DNA of 64,000 bases from Octopus sinensis (taxonomy: Eukaryota): NCBI RefSeq assembly GCF_006345805.1, contig NC_043019.1, positions 22,753,360 to 22,817,359 of the forward strand. Reading direction: 5' to 3'. How positions within the stretch are numbered: position 1 is the stretch's first letter; each line of letters begins with the position of its first letter. A program made the position numbers and the translations under genes. This document shows, piece after piece, positions 26,051-38,535 of the stretch. The notes under the pieces were generated by a model. It searched no databases and had not been told where the DNA came from. It worked only from the letters and a program-made list of their open reading frames with translations.

Positions 26051-27361
26051 CATATTTACAAAAAATGTAAACATGTACATACATGCATACATATATATGT
26101 ATATATGCATACTTATATACACGCACATATACATATGTATATTTATATACACACTAACTGACAATGAATAAGTGTATAAAAGCTACAAGAAACAGTTTTG
26201 TAAATCTAACAATGAAACAAAAAAAAAAACTACAAAAACTGATTCCGTACAATATTTTAACAACCAATAAAACATGAAAATAGACACAAACTAATTTCCG
26301 GAAAATTCTTTTTAACATCAATCAATAGAACCAAATTTTTGACAATGTCTATTAAAGAATTTTCACCACCAACACCACCATCATCTCTCTCACTATCTTT
26401 TGCTTTCTGAGTTCAACACCCCACCCCACCAAGTTAGCACTTTAAGAGGTACCTGCAAATGGTTTCATAAGATGAGACAACACAGCACGCATACACTGAA
26501 GTAATTTCATATGTACACACACACACATATGCGTGTGTGTGTGTATACATATATATATATATATATGTATGTGTACATATGTGTGTATATGCATACAAGT
26601 TTTATATATATATATATCGTCGTTTAACGTCCGCTCTCCATGCTAGCATGGGTTGGACGGTTCGACCGGGGTTCTGGGAAGCCAGAAGGCTGCACCAGGC
26701 TCCAGTCTAATTTGGCAATGTTTCTACAGCTGGATGCCCTTCCTAACGCCAACCACTCCGTGGTTCATATATATATATATGAATTAAGATATATACTCAA
26801 ATTAGGCAATCAACTTTTTATATATACTCATACAGTTATAAATTCGACTTAAATTGCATATATATATATATATATATACATAAACACATGTCAACATATA
26901 TGAAAGTTCTTAAAAAATATTTTAAAAAATATAAATATATGTATATAAATACACATAAAAATATATGTAAATAAAACCCATGTGGGATATATATGGAAAG
27001 AAGTGTGAGAAAAAGAACTCATGAACATTTTTTCCATACCAGAAATTAAGAGCTGTTAAGAATTTCAGTGAAGAGATCCACAGAATTCAATGTGTTTTTT
27101 TTTAAAATCTATAAATGGTATTTAAGATATATAAAACAATTCGAGGAAATCCACTTTCTTTGGCTGTTTCCAGAGTTCATGTCCTGGTAGAAAAATTGAC
27201 AGAAATCTTACAAACCATGCGGACAATGTCCCCTTCATCAGGAAAGGTATCCTCATAGAATCATTCTTGACACATTGAATTCTATTTAATTGAAATTCGT
27301 AACACATAGTATTACAGCACGTGTACTACAGCAATGCTATGTACAGCTTTAATACTGAGAT

Positions 27362-27473
27362 TGAAAGACAGGGGTGAATTAGGCCTCAGCAGAATTTGAA
27401 CTCAGAATGTAAAGAGGCAAAAGAAATATCAGTAAGCAATTTGTCTGAAGCTCTAACAATTCTGCCAGCTGAC

Positions 27474-27506
<33 letters not shown>

Positions 27507-27722
27507 TTTCTTTCTACTGGAGGCACAAGGCCTCAAATTTGGGGGGAAGAGATTAAGTCGATCACATCAAACCCCAGTGCATAACTGGTACTTATTTAAC
27601 TGACCCCAAAAGGATGAACGGGAAAGTTGACCTTGGTGGAATTTGAACTCAGGACATAAAGATGGACAAAATACTGCTAAGCATTTTGCCTGGTGTGCTA
27701 ATGATTCTGCCAGCTCACCACC

Positions 27723-27755
<33 letters not shown>

Positions 27756-27968
27756 GTTTCAATTTTGGCACAAGGCCAGCAAGCTCAGGAGAGTGTGTAA
27801 GTGAATTACATTGACCTCAATGCTCAACTGGTACTTATTTTACTGATCATGAAAGGATGAAAGGCAAAACTGACCTAGGAGGAATTTGAACTCAGAATGT
27901 AAAGACAGACAAAATGCCATTAAGCATTTTGCCTGGTGTGCTAACAATTCTGCCAGCTTGCCACCTTA
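27362..27968 (-). mobile_element. Stack of three family-B-related SINEs separated by (AAT)n
   Basis: Repeated GGCACAAGG tail / GAATTTGAACTCAG head blocks in the same orientation. Confidence 0.8.
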
Positions 27969-27984
27969 TATAATAACATTAATC

Positions 27985-28363
27985 GTCGCTTCAGATCGTT
28001 ACCAAAGTCGCTTCACTGGCACCTGTGCCGGTAGCACATGTAAAAAGATTCGAGTGAGGTCATTGCCAGTACCACCTAACCGGCCCCCGTGCTTCAGATC
28101 GTTACCAACGTCGCTCCACTGGCACCTGTGCCGGTGGCACGTGTAAAAAGATTCAAGTGAGGTCATTGCCAGTACCACCTGACTGGCATGTAAAAAGCAC
28201 CCACTACACTCTCGGAGTGGTTGGCGTTAGGAAGGGCATCCAGCTGTGGAAACTCTGCCAGATCAAGATTGGAGCCTGGTGCAGCCATCTGGCTCGCCAG
28301 CCCTCAGTCAAAATCGTCCGACCCATGCTAGCATGGAAAGCGGACGTTAAACGATGATGATGA
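27985..28363 (+). mobile_element. RTE 3' UTR fragment
   Basis: GTGCCGGTGGCAC repeats, GGAAGGGCATCCAG, (GAT)n tail. Confidence 0.85.
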
Positions 28364-29231
28364 ATAAATTTAACAATAACGCTAACACTGACAGCAATAC
28401 TAATAACAATAAGAAGTAAAACAGCAATGCTAATAACAATAAGAAGTAAAACAGCAATACTAATAACATAAGAAAGACAGCAGTAGTCATTGGTAAATGT
28501 CTATCATGGAGCAAGAGAGAAACTCTTCAGTCAGAAGGAGGAAAAGATCCGACCGATTTCCCCGAAGGAGTAAATGGCGAAGGGAGGAATGGAGGGAAGA
28601 GAGAGAGAGAAGGAAGGGAAGAGAGTCTGTGAGCAGAAACTCGACACTTTCAGCAGAATACATTGATTCCGTATCAGAAATGGTTACTGGCTTTTTGTAG
28701 CTTAGGTTCTCATCATCACCAACAACAGCAGCAGCAGCGGTAGTAATAGTAGCAGCAATACCGAAAACACACAACTGTGCATACGTATACATACAAAGGT
28801 GCCTATAACCTCATACACACACACAGGCATCTATGGGAAAACACACACACACACACACACACACGCATGCATACACAAGATTAGTTTTCTGAGACATAAA
28901 TAATACAACTACAAACACACACAGAGGAACGTGTTCTAAAAGGAACCTAATCTCATACAAACACACAAGATCCTATACATACCTATACACACATATACAT
29001 ACACACACATACAGATCAATGATGAAGATACACAGACCTAAGATATGTGTGAAGCATAAAATCATCTTTGCCCTCCATACACACAAATCTTCGGAAACCA
29101 TACATACACATACATTTTATATAAAATGCATACAAGCAATATTTATAAACAACATCACCTAACAAAGCACTTGTTTTGTATTAAATACCCACATAGAATC
29201 TTTGTGATCACATACATATATACATACTATA

Positions 29232-29618
29232 GGCGCAAGAGTGGCTGTGTGGTAAGTAGCTTGCTTACCAACCACATGGTTCCAGGTTCAGTCCCACTGC
29301 GTAGCACCTTTGGCAAGTGCCTTTTACTATAGCCTCGGGACGACCAAAGCCTTGAGTGGATTTGGTAGACGGAAACTGAAAGAAGCCCATCATATATATG
29401 TATGTGTGTGTATATTTTGTGTATCTGTGTTTGTCCCCCCAACATCGCTTGACAACCGATGCTGGTGTGTTTAGATCCCCGTAACTTAGCGGTTTGGCAA
29501 AAGAAACCGATAGAATAAGTACTAGGCTTACAAAGAATAAGTCCTGGGGTCAATTTGATTCGACTAAAGACGGTGCTCCAGCATGGCCGCAGTCAAATGA
29601 CTGAAACAAGTAAAAGAA
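29232..29618 (+). mobile_element. SINE family A
   Basis: Full-length, collinear with other copies. Confidence 0.85.
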
Positions 29619-31000
29619 TACTTTGTATAAAACACATACATACTCATTTTAATCATTGTTTTGACATCTAACTTTCTTTGCTTGCATGGGTCAGAGGTTA
29701 GAGGCAGATTTTTTTTATTACCAATGCCTTTCCTGTCACCAACCCTCACCTGTTTGCAAATAAATTATATTTCCCTATGGCCAGACATGTTTTTGTGGAA
29801 GATTGGAAATGAGCATCACTGCCTGTATGACAGTGACACTCAGTCAAACTATCACAGAATATCAAGACAAGGAGACATAAACACACACACACACACAATT
29901 ATTCTTTTATCTTTTATTTGTTTCAATCATGACACTGTGGCTAAGCTGGGGCACTGCCTCGAAGAAATTTAGCCAAATGAATGGACCGCAGTACTTATTT
30001 TGTTAAAGGGTGGTACTTATTCCATCAGTGTCTTTTGTCAAACTGCTAACTTACAGGGATGTAAACACACCAACACTGGTTGTCAAGTGGAGGTTGGGGG
30101 GACAAAGACAGATACAAAGACACAAACACACACATATGACAGACTTCTTTGAGTTTCTGTTAGTCAAATCCACTGACAAGGCTTGGGTCAGCCAGGGACT
30201 ATAGCAGAAGACACTTGCCCAGGGTGCCATGCAGTGGGACTGAACCCGGAACCATGTGATTGGGAAGTATATACAACAGGTTTCTTTCAGTTTTAATCTA
30301 CCAAAATCCACTAACAAGGATTTGGGCAGTGTACGGATGCAGCAGAAGACACTTGCCTGAGGTGCCAGGCAGTGAGACTGAACCCAAACTGCGACATTAT
30401 GAAGTAAATTTGTCAACCAATGCCTTCATCTAATTTGCATAAAACACACACACCTACGCGCGCGCACACACACACACACACACAAAACCTCTGTAAGCAC
30501 ACAGTCACCCACGAATGGTCTGAAACAACCCCAATGAAACACACCCAGAAAATTATTAGTTTAACCTTTCATGACCATATTCCTCATGAAATTCCCAGAG
30601 TATTAATGCTTCAATTAGTTTTTAAGATAATTAAGAATTTAGGAAGTTTTAATACAATAACTTTTTTCATTAACGAGCTAACATTTGGAACCTTAATTAA
30701 CAAAACGTCCTTATGCAAAATTACAGTGGAAAGGTTTTAAATTTAAATATAAACACTTTAAAACAGGGAGGTCTTGTATGATGGAGCCGGAGGTGGTGGT
30801 CAAGGGTGGGTTGGTGCCAAAAGAGTTAAAACATAATCAGGAGATTACGCAAACACACAGGCTTACGTTATTGAAAATGTGAAAGTATCAAATGCATACA
30901 AAAACAACACCCATCCACACACACTATTTGTCAAATACAAACTTCACATTCATACAGACAACAAATGAATGCAGGAGTGTGCATGTATGTGTGTAATGTA

Positions 31001-31403
31001 CTCTCTCTTTTACTCTTTTTACTCTTTTACTTGTTTCAGTCATTTGACTGTGGCAATGCTGGAGCACCGCTTTTAGTCAAGCAAATCGACCCCGGGACTT
31101 ATTCTTTGTAAGCCCCCAGTACTTATTCTATCGGTCTCTTTTGCCGAACCACTAAGTGACGGGGACGTAAACACACCAGCATCGGTTGTCAAGGAATGCT
31201 AGGGGGACAAACACAGACACACAAACACACACATACATATATACGACGGGCTTCTTTCAGTTTCCGTCTACCAAATCCACTCACAAGGCATTGGTCGGCC
31301 CGGGGCTATAGCAGACGACACTTGCCCAAGGTGCCACGCAGTGGAACTGAACCCAGAACCATGTGGTTGGTTAGCAAGCTACTTACCACACAGCCACTCC
31401 TGT
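31001..31403 (-). mobile_element. SINE family A
   Basis: Full-length with CpGs retained. Confidence 0.85.
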
Positions 31404-32360
31404 ACCTTTATTTTTTAAAAATCTTTTTTTACTTGCTTCAGCTATTAGATCACGGTCATGCTGGGGCACCACCTTGAAGAATCGACCCCAGTGCCTATTT
31501 TTTTTATAAACCCGGTACTACTTATTCTACGTCTCGTTTGCCTGACTGTTAAGTTATGGGGACGATAACATACCAACACTGGCTGTGAAATGGTGGTGGT
31601 GGTGGGCAATCACAGACACAATGACACACACATACATTATATATATATATATATATGACCTTCGAAATGCGGAGTAGATGAAACAGAGCCGACTGAAGAA
31701 GGGGAATTTTCCTTGTGTTGTATGTCCTGTACTCTATTTTTTCGTTGTTTAAGAAAAATGTCCATTTCCTTGGTTTTGTGTTTATGTTTTCGTTTCTCAT
31801 TGTGTTCGACGTTTTTTTGGTGTCCTGTACCCATATATGCATGTATATATACATGTAGAGATAGGTACGTACATATATGTATGTATATAAGCATATGTTT
31901 TATTTATTAATTTATATATATATATATATGCATACACACACACACGATTGGCCTCTTTTAGTTTCTGCCACGCACAATGCTTTGGCCAGCCTTGGGTTAT
32001 GGCAGAAGACACTTGCCCAAGGTGCCAAGCAGTGAGACTGAACCTGGAACCATGTGGTTAGAAAGCAAGCTTCTTAATACACATACACTCACAGTTGTTA
32101 TAATATCCACTTTTCTGTGCTTGCATGGGTAGAACAATACACAGCAAAGATTTTCCTAGGCCTGATGCCCATCCTGTCGTCAACCCTCGCCTATTTCCAA
32201 GCAAGGTAAATATTTCTCCCTGACCAAACATGTTTTCATGGAAGACTGGAAACAAATGACAGCTCTTGTATGACAGTAATGCTTTATTTTACAGCCCATC
32301 ATGTGATGTCGAGCAAAGGAGACAATAAACACATAATACTATCACGCATAAAGGGTTTCT

Positions 32361-32727
32361 GGATCTTTTTGGTTTGAACAGCAGTTTTTTCTAGTGGTGT
32401 CATATGAAATTGTCACCCATAATTATGACCCTAGTATCGATCTATTGCATTTCAATCTGTTTTAGGGTTAGGGTTGGTTAGGGTTAGGGGTGGGGGAAGG
32501 GTATCTTTTTTCTTCACAAATGTAAATAAACCCAATCTGTTTCTTAAATGAGGGACATATTCATACGGCACAGAATGTTTTTTTTTACCTCAATAGACGT
32601 CAGTGATTGGTTGAAATTGCAGAAATTTAAGAAAAAAAACAAACACATTCTACCAGTATACGAAGTTTAATATTTTTTAGTTACCTAGAAATTATGTTAA
32701 AAACTGCTGTTCAAACCGATAAGATCC
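32361..32727. mobile_element. TIR element (possibly hAT MITE) containing TTAGGG repeats
   Basis: TIRs GGATCTTTTTGGTTTGAACAGCAGTTTTT / AAAAACTGCTGTTCAAACCGATAAGATCC; identical 8-mer GGGTTTCT on both flanks. Confidence 0.75.
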
Positions 32728-32940
32728 GGGTTTCTTTCTGTTTGTGTCAAGCAGATCTACTCATAAGTATCTGGTCAGTGTGGGGCTTATAGTAAAATGC
32801 ACTTACGCTAAGTGCTATCCATTGATATTGAACATGAAAACGTGGTTGGGAAGTGATAGTGTTTTTTTTATAAAATTCCACTCACAAGGCATTAGTCAAC
32901 ACAGTAAAAAGAAAATAAAAAATTACGCAATGTGGCTGTG

Positions 32941-33590
32941 CGCAGGAGTGGCTGTGTGGTAAGTAGCTTGCTAACCAACCACATGGTTGGCATCTTGGGC
33001 AAGTGTCTTCTGCTATAGCCTCGGGCCGACCAATGCCTTGTGAGTGGATTTGGTAGACGGAAACTGAAAGAAGCCTGTCGTATATATATATATATATATA
33101 TGTTAAGGTATGTAGAAAAATACATGGACAAGAACGTATAACTCTTAGAAGACGATACAATAAACACGGACAGGACATTCGAAACCCTCAGTCTTCAGTC
33201 AAGAACCGGATCATCGTAGTAATTTCGGCTGATTAATCTTGAGATCACTAGATCACGGCCAGCCCTCCAAGAAAAACTAAGCAACGAGCATTAGAAAAAC
33301 TAAGCTGGGAGCGTAGATTTCCTGGAAGAAGGATCGAATGCATACGGACACCGTGTGTGTGTGTGTGTGTATGTTTGTGTGTCTGTGTTTGTCCGTCTAG
33401 CATTGCTTGACAACCGATGCTGGTGTGTTTACGTCCCCGTCACCTAGCGGTTCGGCAAAAAGAGACCGATAGAATAAGTACTGGGCTTACAAAAAGAATA
33501 AGTCCCGGGGGTCGATTTGCTCGACTAAAGGCGGTGCTCCAGCATGGCCGCAGTCAAATGACTGAAGCAAGTAAAAGAGTAAAAAGAGTA
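32941..33590 (+). mobile_element. SINE family A interrupted by an insertion of about 250 bp in its internal microsatellite
   Basis: 5' half ends near 33100, 3' half resumes near 33353. Confidence 0.8.
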
Positions 33591-33813
33591 ATAATGTACA
33601 GTAGAATCGAACCGAGAACTACCTGGTTGTGAAGCAAATGATTTAACAACACAGCCATGCCTTCACTTGTAATAGGCAGTTGTTTTGTAAGATAAACATA
33701 AAACAAAAAGCCAGCAATTTTCCACAGACACACAGATGAGTAACAGTCGCATAGAAATGACTTGTGATGAACACAAGCATATGTATACACAAAGTCTATA
33801 ACGAAAAAGAGGT

Positions 33814-33848
<35 letters not shown>

Positions 33849-35422
33849 TAGAGGTGACAGAGACAGAGACATACGTATAGAGCCATGAGTATAGCATACA
33901 CATCCGATACTATTAATACACACACTCCATCATATAGTATTAACACACACGTCAGGTACTATTAGCGCGAGCTCGCACACACCAGAAACTATTAATACAA
34001 GCCAGAAAAAGGAAGAAACTAGAGATATAGTGAAAAAGGAGCAGAAATAAACACACATACATATACATATATATATATATATAAGCGTAATGAACATAGC
34101 CACACAAACACACATATACTTATACATACACATGTGTTAAACAAAGCTACACACACACACATATACATACACCTATTGAATGTAGACACGCATATTCTAT
34201 AAAAGTTACACGGCACATACATACGCACACATCTGTTAAACAGACGTACACATCTGTTAAAAAGACGCATACATCTGTTAAACTGACACACAAACACGTC
34301 TATTAAAACAGTTACAAACGCACACATACACACACACATCTATTTAAAGCAAACACACAGACACTTTTTTTTTTTACATTTTTTCCCCCTTTCTTTTTGA
34401 TAGTTATAAACCACATAGAAAAAAAAGGGGGGTGAAAAACAGACGACACACATCTATTATAGGTTTTTCACACATTTTTAAATAACAGTTATAATACGCT
34501 AGAAGGAGAGAGAAGGGGGGGTGAATATAAAGATATAACACACATACACACACACACATACATGTACACAAACACAGACAGACCACACACACACACGATG
34601 AATCACACAAACAAACACACATCGTTAATCCCAAACACTATTTCGTCTCTCTCTAACCAGATGCACCTGACACAATCACTTCTATTTGGGAGATTTCAGC
34701 CAGCCAGCCAGCCAGCCTCCTCCCCTTCGCCAGCCTCCGCCTCCTCTTCTTCTTCTTCTTCGTCATCCCCCTCCCACTTCCAGTCCCTTCCACTTTCACA
34801 CCTTCTGCCTCCCCTCCCCTCCCACTACTACCACCATCACCACTCCGCTCCCTCCCTCCCTCGTTCCGTACAGCATCACAAATTACAATTCACTATAACA
34901 TACATGTTATATACAGACAGACACTAAAGTCTTTCTTTCTCTATAAAGGAAAGCTTATTCTCCTACAGCAGCAACAGCATCAGCAGCAATGGCAACATCA
35001 ACAGCATCAGTTGAACTACAAAGCTACTGTTATCATGTTAGACACACACACACACACATATCCATTCTATCTTGATCTCTGTTTCTCTCTCTCTCTCTCT
35101 CTCTCTATCATCTACCTATCTAATTTGATTTCTCCCTCTCTCTCTCTACAACTCTCAACCTCTCCTTATCTAGTTATCTATCAACCTACATATCTAAATC
35201 TGATTCTCTCTATTTTGATCTCTCTCTCTCTCTCTCTCTCTCCCTGTCTACATTTCTCATTCTGCCCCACTTCTCTCTCTCTCTCTAAACACGTGTGTGT
35301 GTATGTGTGTGTATGGATGTATAAGTGTGCATGTATATATAAGTGTGTGTGTTTGATCTCTTGCTTTCCCCAATCGCTAGATTTGGTATTTTAGAAGATA
35401 AATGGTTTTGTTATTTTACATG

Positions 35423-35455
<33 letters not shown>

Positions 35456-35761
35456 GTGATAATTTTAACATTCTGAATATAGTCATCCATATCTAGAGGC
35501 AGGCGTGGTAAATATGTACACATACAAACATACACAAATACTCTCTCAGCTCTCTCTAGCAACATAATTCTTGCTATTCCAAGAGACCTCAAAAAGGATA
35601 TTTAAGACCATCATCATTTAACATCTGCGTTCCATGCTAGCATGGGTTGGGCGGATCGACAAGAGTTAGCAAATCAATGTAATAATTACTGGTATCTTTA
35701 TATATTTTATATGTAAAGCATAACATGTTATACATGTATGTGTATATTCCTGTAATTGTCA

Positions 35762-36065
35762 CACGTAAAAAGCACCATCCGATCGTGGCCGTTGCCAGCC
35801 TCGCCTGGACCCCGTGCCCGTGGCACGTAAAAAGCACCATCCGACCGTGGCCGCTTGCCAGCTCCGTCTGGCAGCTGTGCCGGTGGCGCGTAAAAAGCAC
35901 CCACTACACTCATGGAGTGGTTGGCGTTAGGAAGGGCATCCAGCCGTAGAAACATTGCCAGATCAGACTGGGCCTGGCACAGCCTCCTGGCTTCCCAGAC
36001 CCCAGTTGAACCATCCAACCTGTGCCAGCATGGAAAGCGGATGCTAAATGATGATGATGATGATG
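35762..36065 (+). mobile_element. RTE 3' UTR fragment
   Basis: Three GTAAAAAGCACC units; (GAT)n tail. Confidence 0.85.
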
Positions 36066-36509
36066 AATATAATGTCTAAAAGTTGATGAACTTATTGATC
36101 CCCTCCATTTTCTTATTGCTCTACATATATATATAGTGAGAGAGAGGGGGGGGACAGAGATGTATATACATATATACATGCACAAGAATGCATATGTAAA
36201 TAGATGTATATGCACACACACACTCACACAAATATGTGTGTGTGTGTGACTGTCCTTGCATATTGGCATGTCCCCTGCAACTCTCTCCAACAGAGCATCC
36301 CTAATCCTGCAGGCTCATGGGTGCTGGTGCCACATAAAAGCACCGGTGCCAAAGCTGTTATAAGAGAACCCAGTGCATTCTGCAAAGTGGTCAGCATTAG
36401 GAAAGGCATCCAGCCATAGGAACCATACTCTGCAGCTGGTCAGCTCCTGTCAAACCATCCGATACATGCCAACATGGAAAATGGACATGAAATGATGATG
36501 ATGTATATA

Positions 36510-36914
36510 GACGCAGGAGTGGCTGTGTGATAAGTAGCTTGCTTGCCAACCACATGGTTCCGGGTTCAGTCCCACTGCGTCACACCTTGGGCAAGTGTCT
36601 TCTACTATAGCCTCGGGCTGACCAAAGCCTTGTGTGTGGATTTGGTAGATGGAAACTGAAAGAAGCCTGTCGTGTATATGTATATATATATTTGTGTGTC
36701 TGTGTTTGTCCCTCCCGCCCAACATCGCTTGACAACCAATGCTGGTGTGTTCATGTCCCCGTAACTTAGCAGTTCGGTAAAAGAGACCGATAGAATAAGC
36801 ACTAGGCTTACAAAGAATAAGTCCTGGGGTCGATTTGCTCGACTAAAGGTGGTGCTCCAGCATGGCCGCAGTCAAATGACTGAAACAAGTAAAAGAGAGT
36901 AAAAGAGTAAAGAG
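36510..36914 (+). mobile_element. SINE family A
   Basis: Full-length. Confidence 0.85.
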
Positions 36915-37455
36915 TATACACATAGATACATGCATTTGTGTGCATGTATAAATGTATGTGCATCTCTGTCCCTCTCTTTCTCTCTCTCACAGATATAGGC
37001 ATATGCGTATGTATAAGAAATTAAGTAAATGGCAAAGGAGCAGGAAATTATGCAAAGAACTCCATTAACTAACAGCTGTTTCTGCGATAAGATGCCACTC
37101 AGAGCTGACTTCTTGTGCATTACCTGGTAGCTTTCCTGAAGCTTCCAAAACGAACAGCACTTTCATTTTGGAAGCTATAGGATGATGCACAAGCAGTCAG
37201 CTCTGCATGTGCTGCATCTTTAAGCAGAAACAGCTGGAAGCTAATGAAGTTCTCTGCATAATTTCCAGTCCGTTTGTTATTCCGAAGCATATGTGTATTG
37301 AGTTCTGACATTAGGTTAATAGTACCACAATGGCTAAACGAAACACTAATATGTGTATGTACATATATGTGTGTGTGTGTGTGTGTGCATGTTTAGTTAT
37401 ATACACATGTATACATATGTATGCATATATATGTGTATGTATATATATATATATA

Positions 37456-37823
37456 GGCATAGGAGTGGCTGTGTGGTAAGTAGCTTGCTTACAAACGACA
37501 TGGTTCCGGGTTCAGTCCCACTTGGGCAAGTGTCTTCTACTATTGCCTTGGGCCGACTAAAGCCTTGTGAGTGGATTTAGTAGATGGAAACTGAAGGAAG
37601 CCTGTCGTATATATGTATGTGTGTTTGTCCCCCCCCCCAGCATCGCTTGACAACCGATGCAGATGTGTTTACATCCCCGTAACTTAGCGCTTCAGCAAAA
37701 GAGACCGATAGAATAAGTACTAGGCTTACAAAGAATAAGTCCTGGGGTTGATTTGCTCAACTAAAGGCGGTGCTCCAGCATGGCTGCAGCCAAATGACTG
37801 AACAAGTAAAAGAGTAAAAGAGT
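37456..37823 (+). mobile_element. SINE family A
   Basis: Full-length with a small internal deletion. Confidence 0.85.
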
Positions 37824-37924
37824 AATACCATAGTAGAAATTAAGAATATTTTTCTCCGAGGTTGAATCAATCTTTTGCTACTTTGGAGATTTGCCAGTGT
37901 GTTCTCAAGCCATCGTCATCGTCA

Positions 37925-38080
37925 TTATTTTAACATCCACTTCTTCATATTTGCATGGGTTAGATGGAGTTTGCTGAGGTGGATTTTCTATGGCCAGATA
38001 CCCTTCCTGTTGCCAAATTCACCTGTTCCCAAGTAAAGTAATATTTCCCCCATGACCAAACCTGATTGGAAATGAAGAAC
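37925..38080 (-). mobile_element. 3' part of RTE-tailed SINE, truncated at 38080
   Basis: Homologous to 4095-4300 and 29680-29880; homology stops abruptly after GGAAATGAAGAAC. Confidence 0.75.
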
Positions 38081-38380
38081 CTAGAGCGTGACTATCCAGC
38101 CGGGGCCGACCCGTAAGCTTATGGGTCGGACCACGTCGCTCTATCTACCCGGTTCGTATCGCCACACACTTCCCTAGACTGACGGCATCGATCGCGCCTA
38201 CGTCCACGTGTACGTGAGCCATACCGCGAGCTTAGGTTCGTTCTTTTGATTTCGGGCACGGTAACGTGGCGGAGCTGCGGGCAAAGGTGGGAGCAGGCAG
38301 CCCCTAGTCACACTGGCCATAGTTTGTCATCTTTCGGGAATTTACGGGACGGACCACGTCGCCGTATCGAGCGCGTGCAT
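38081..38380. other. Unexplained GC/CpG-rich block of about 300 bp, unlike the host sequence
   Basis: 177/300 G+C and about 34 CpG by manual count; no microsatellite; no homology elsewhere in the window; no long ORF; abrupt junctions with SINE fragments on both sides. Confidence 0.9.
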
Positions 38381-38535
38381 CAAATTCCGCCGAGGTCGAC
38401 TTTGCCTTTCATCCTTTCAGGGTCGTTTAAATAGGTACCAGTTACGCACTGGGGTCAATATAATCAACTTAATCTGTTTGTCTGTCTTTGTTTGTCCCCT
38501 CTGTGTGTAGCCCCTTGCAAGCAGTAAAGAAATAA
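38381..38535 (+). mobile_element. SINE family B lacking its head
   Basis: Starts mid B-box (CAAATTCCGCCGAGGTCGAC) and runs to the AAAGAAATAAG tail. Confidence 0.85.

Noticed and set aside
28487-28792. Overlapping ORFs on both strands (R/E-rich on plus)
   Set aside because: Purine-rich low complexity; no domain motif and no convincing splice sites.
38246-38434. 62-codon ORF starting in the anomalous block
   Set aside because: TTG start, runs into SINE sequence, no homology; other frames have early stops.
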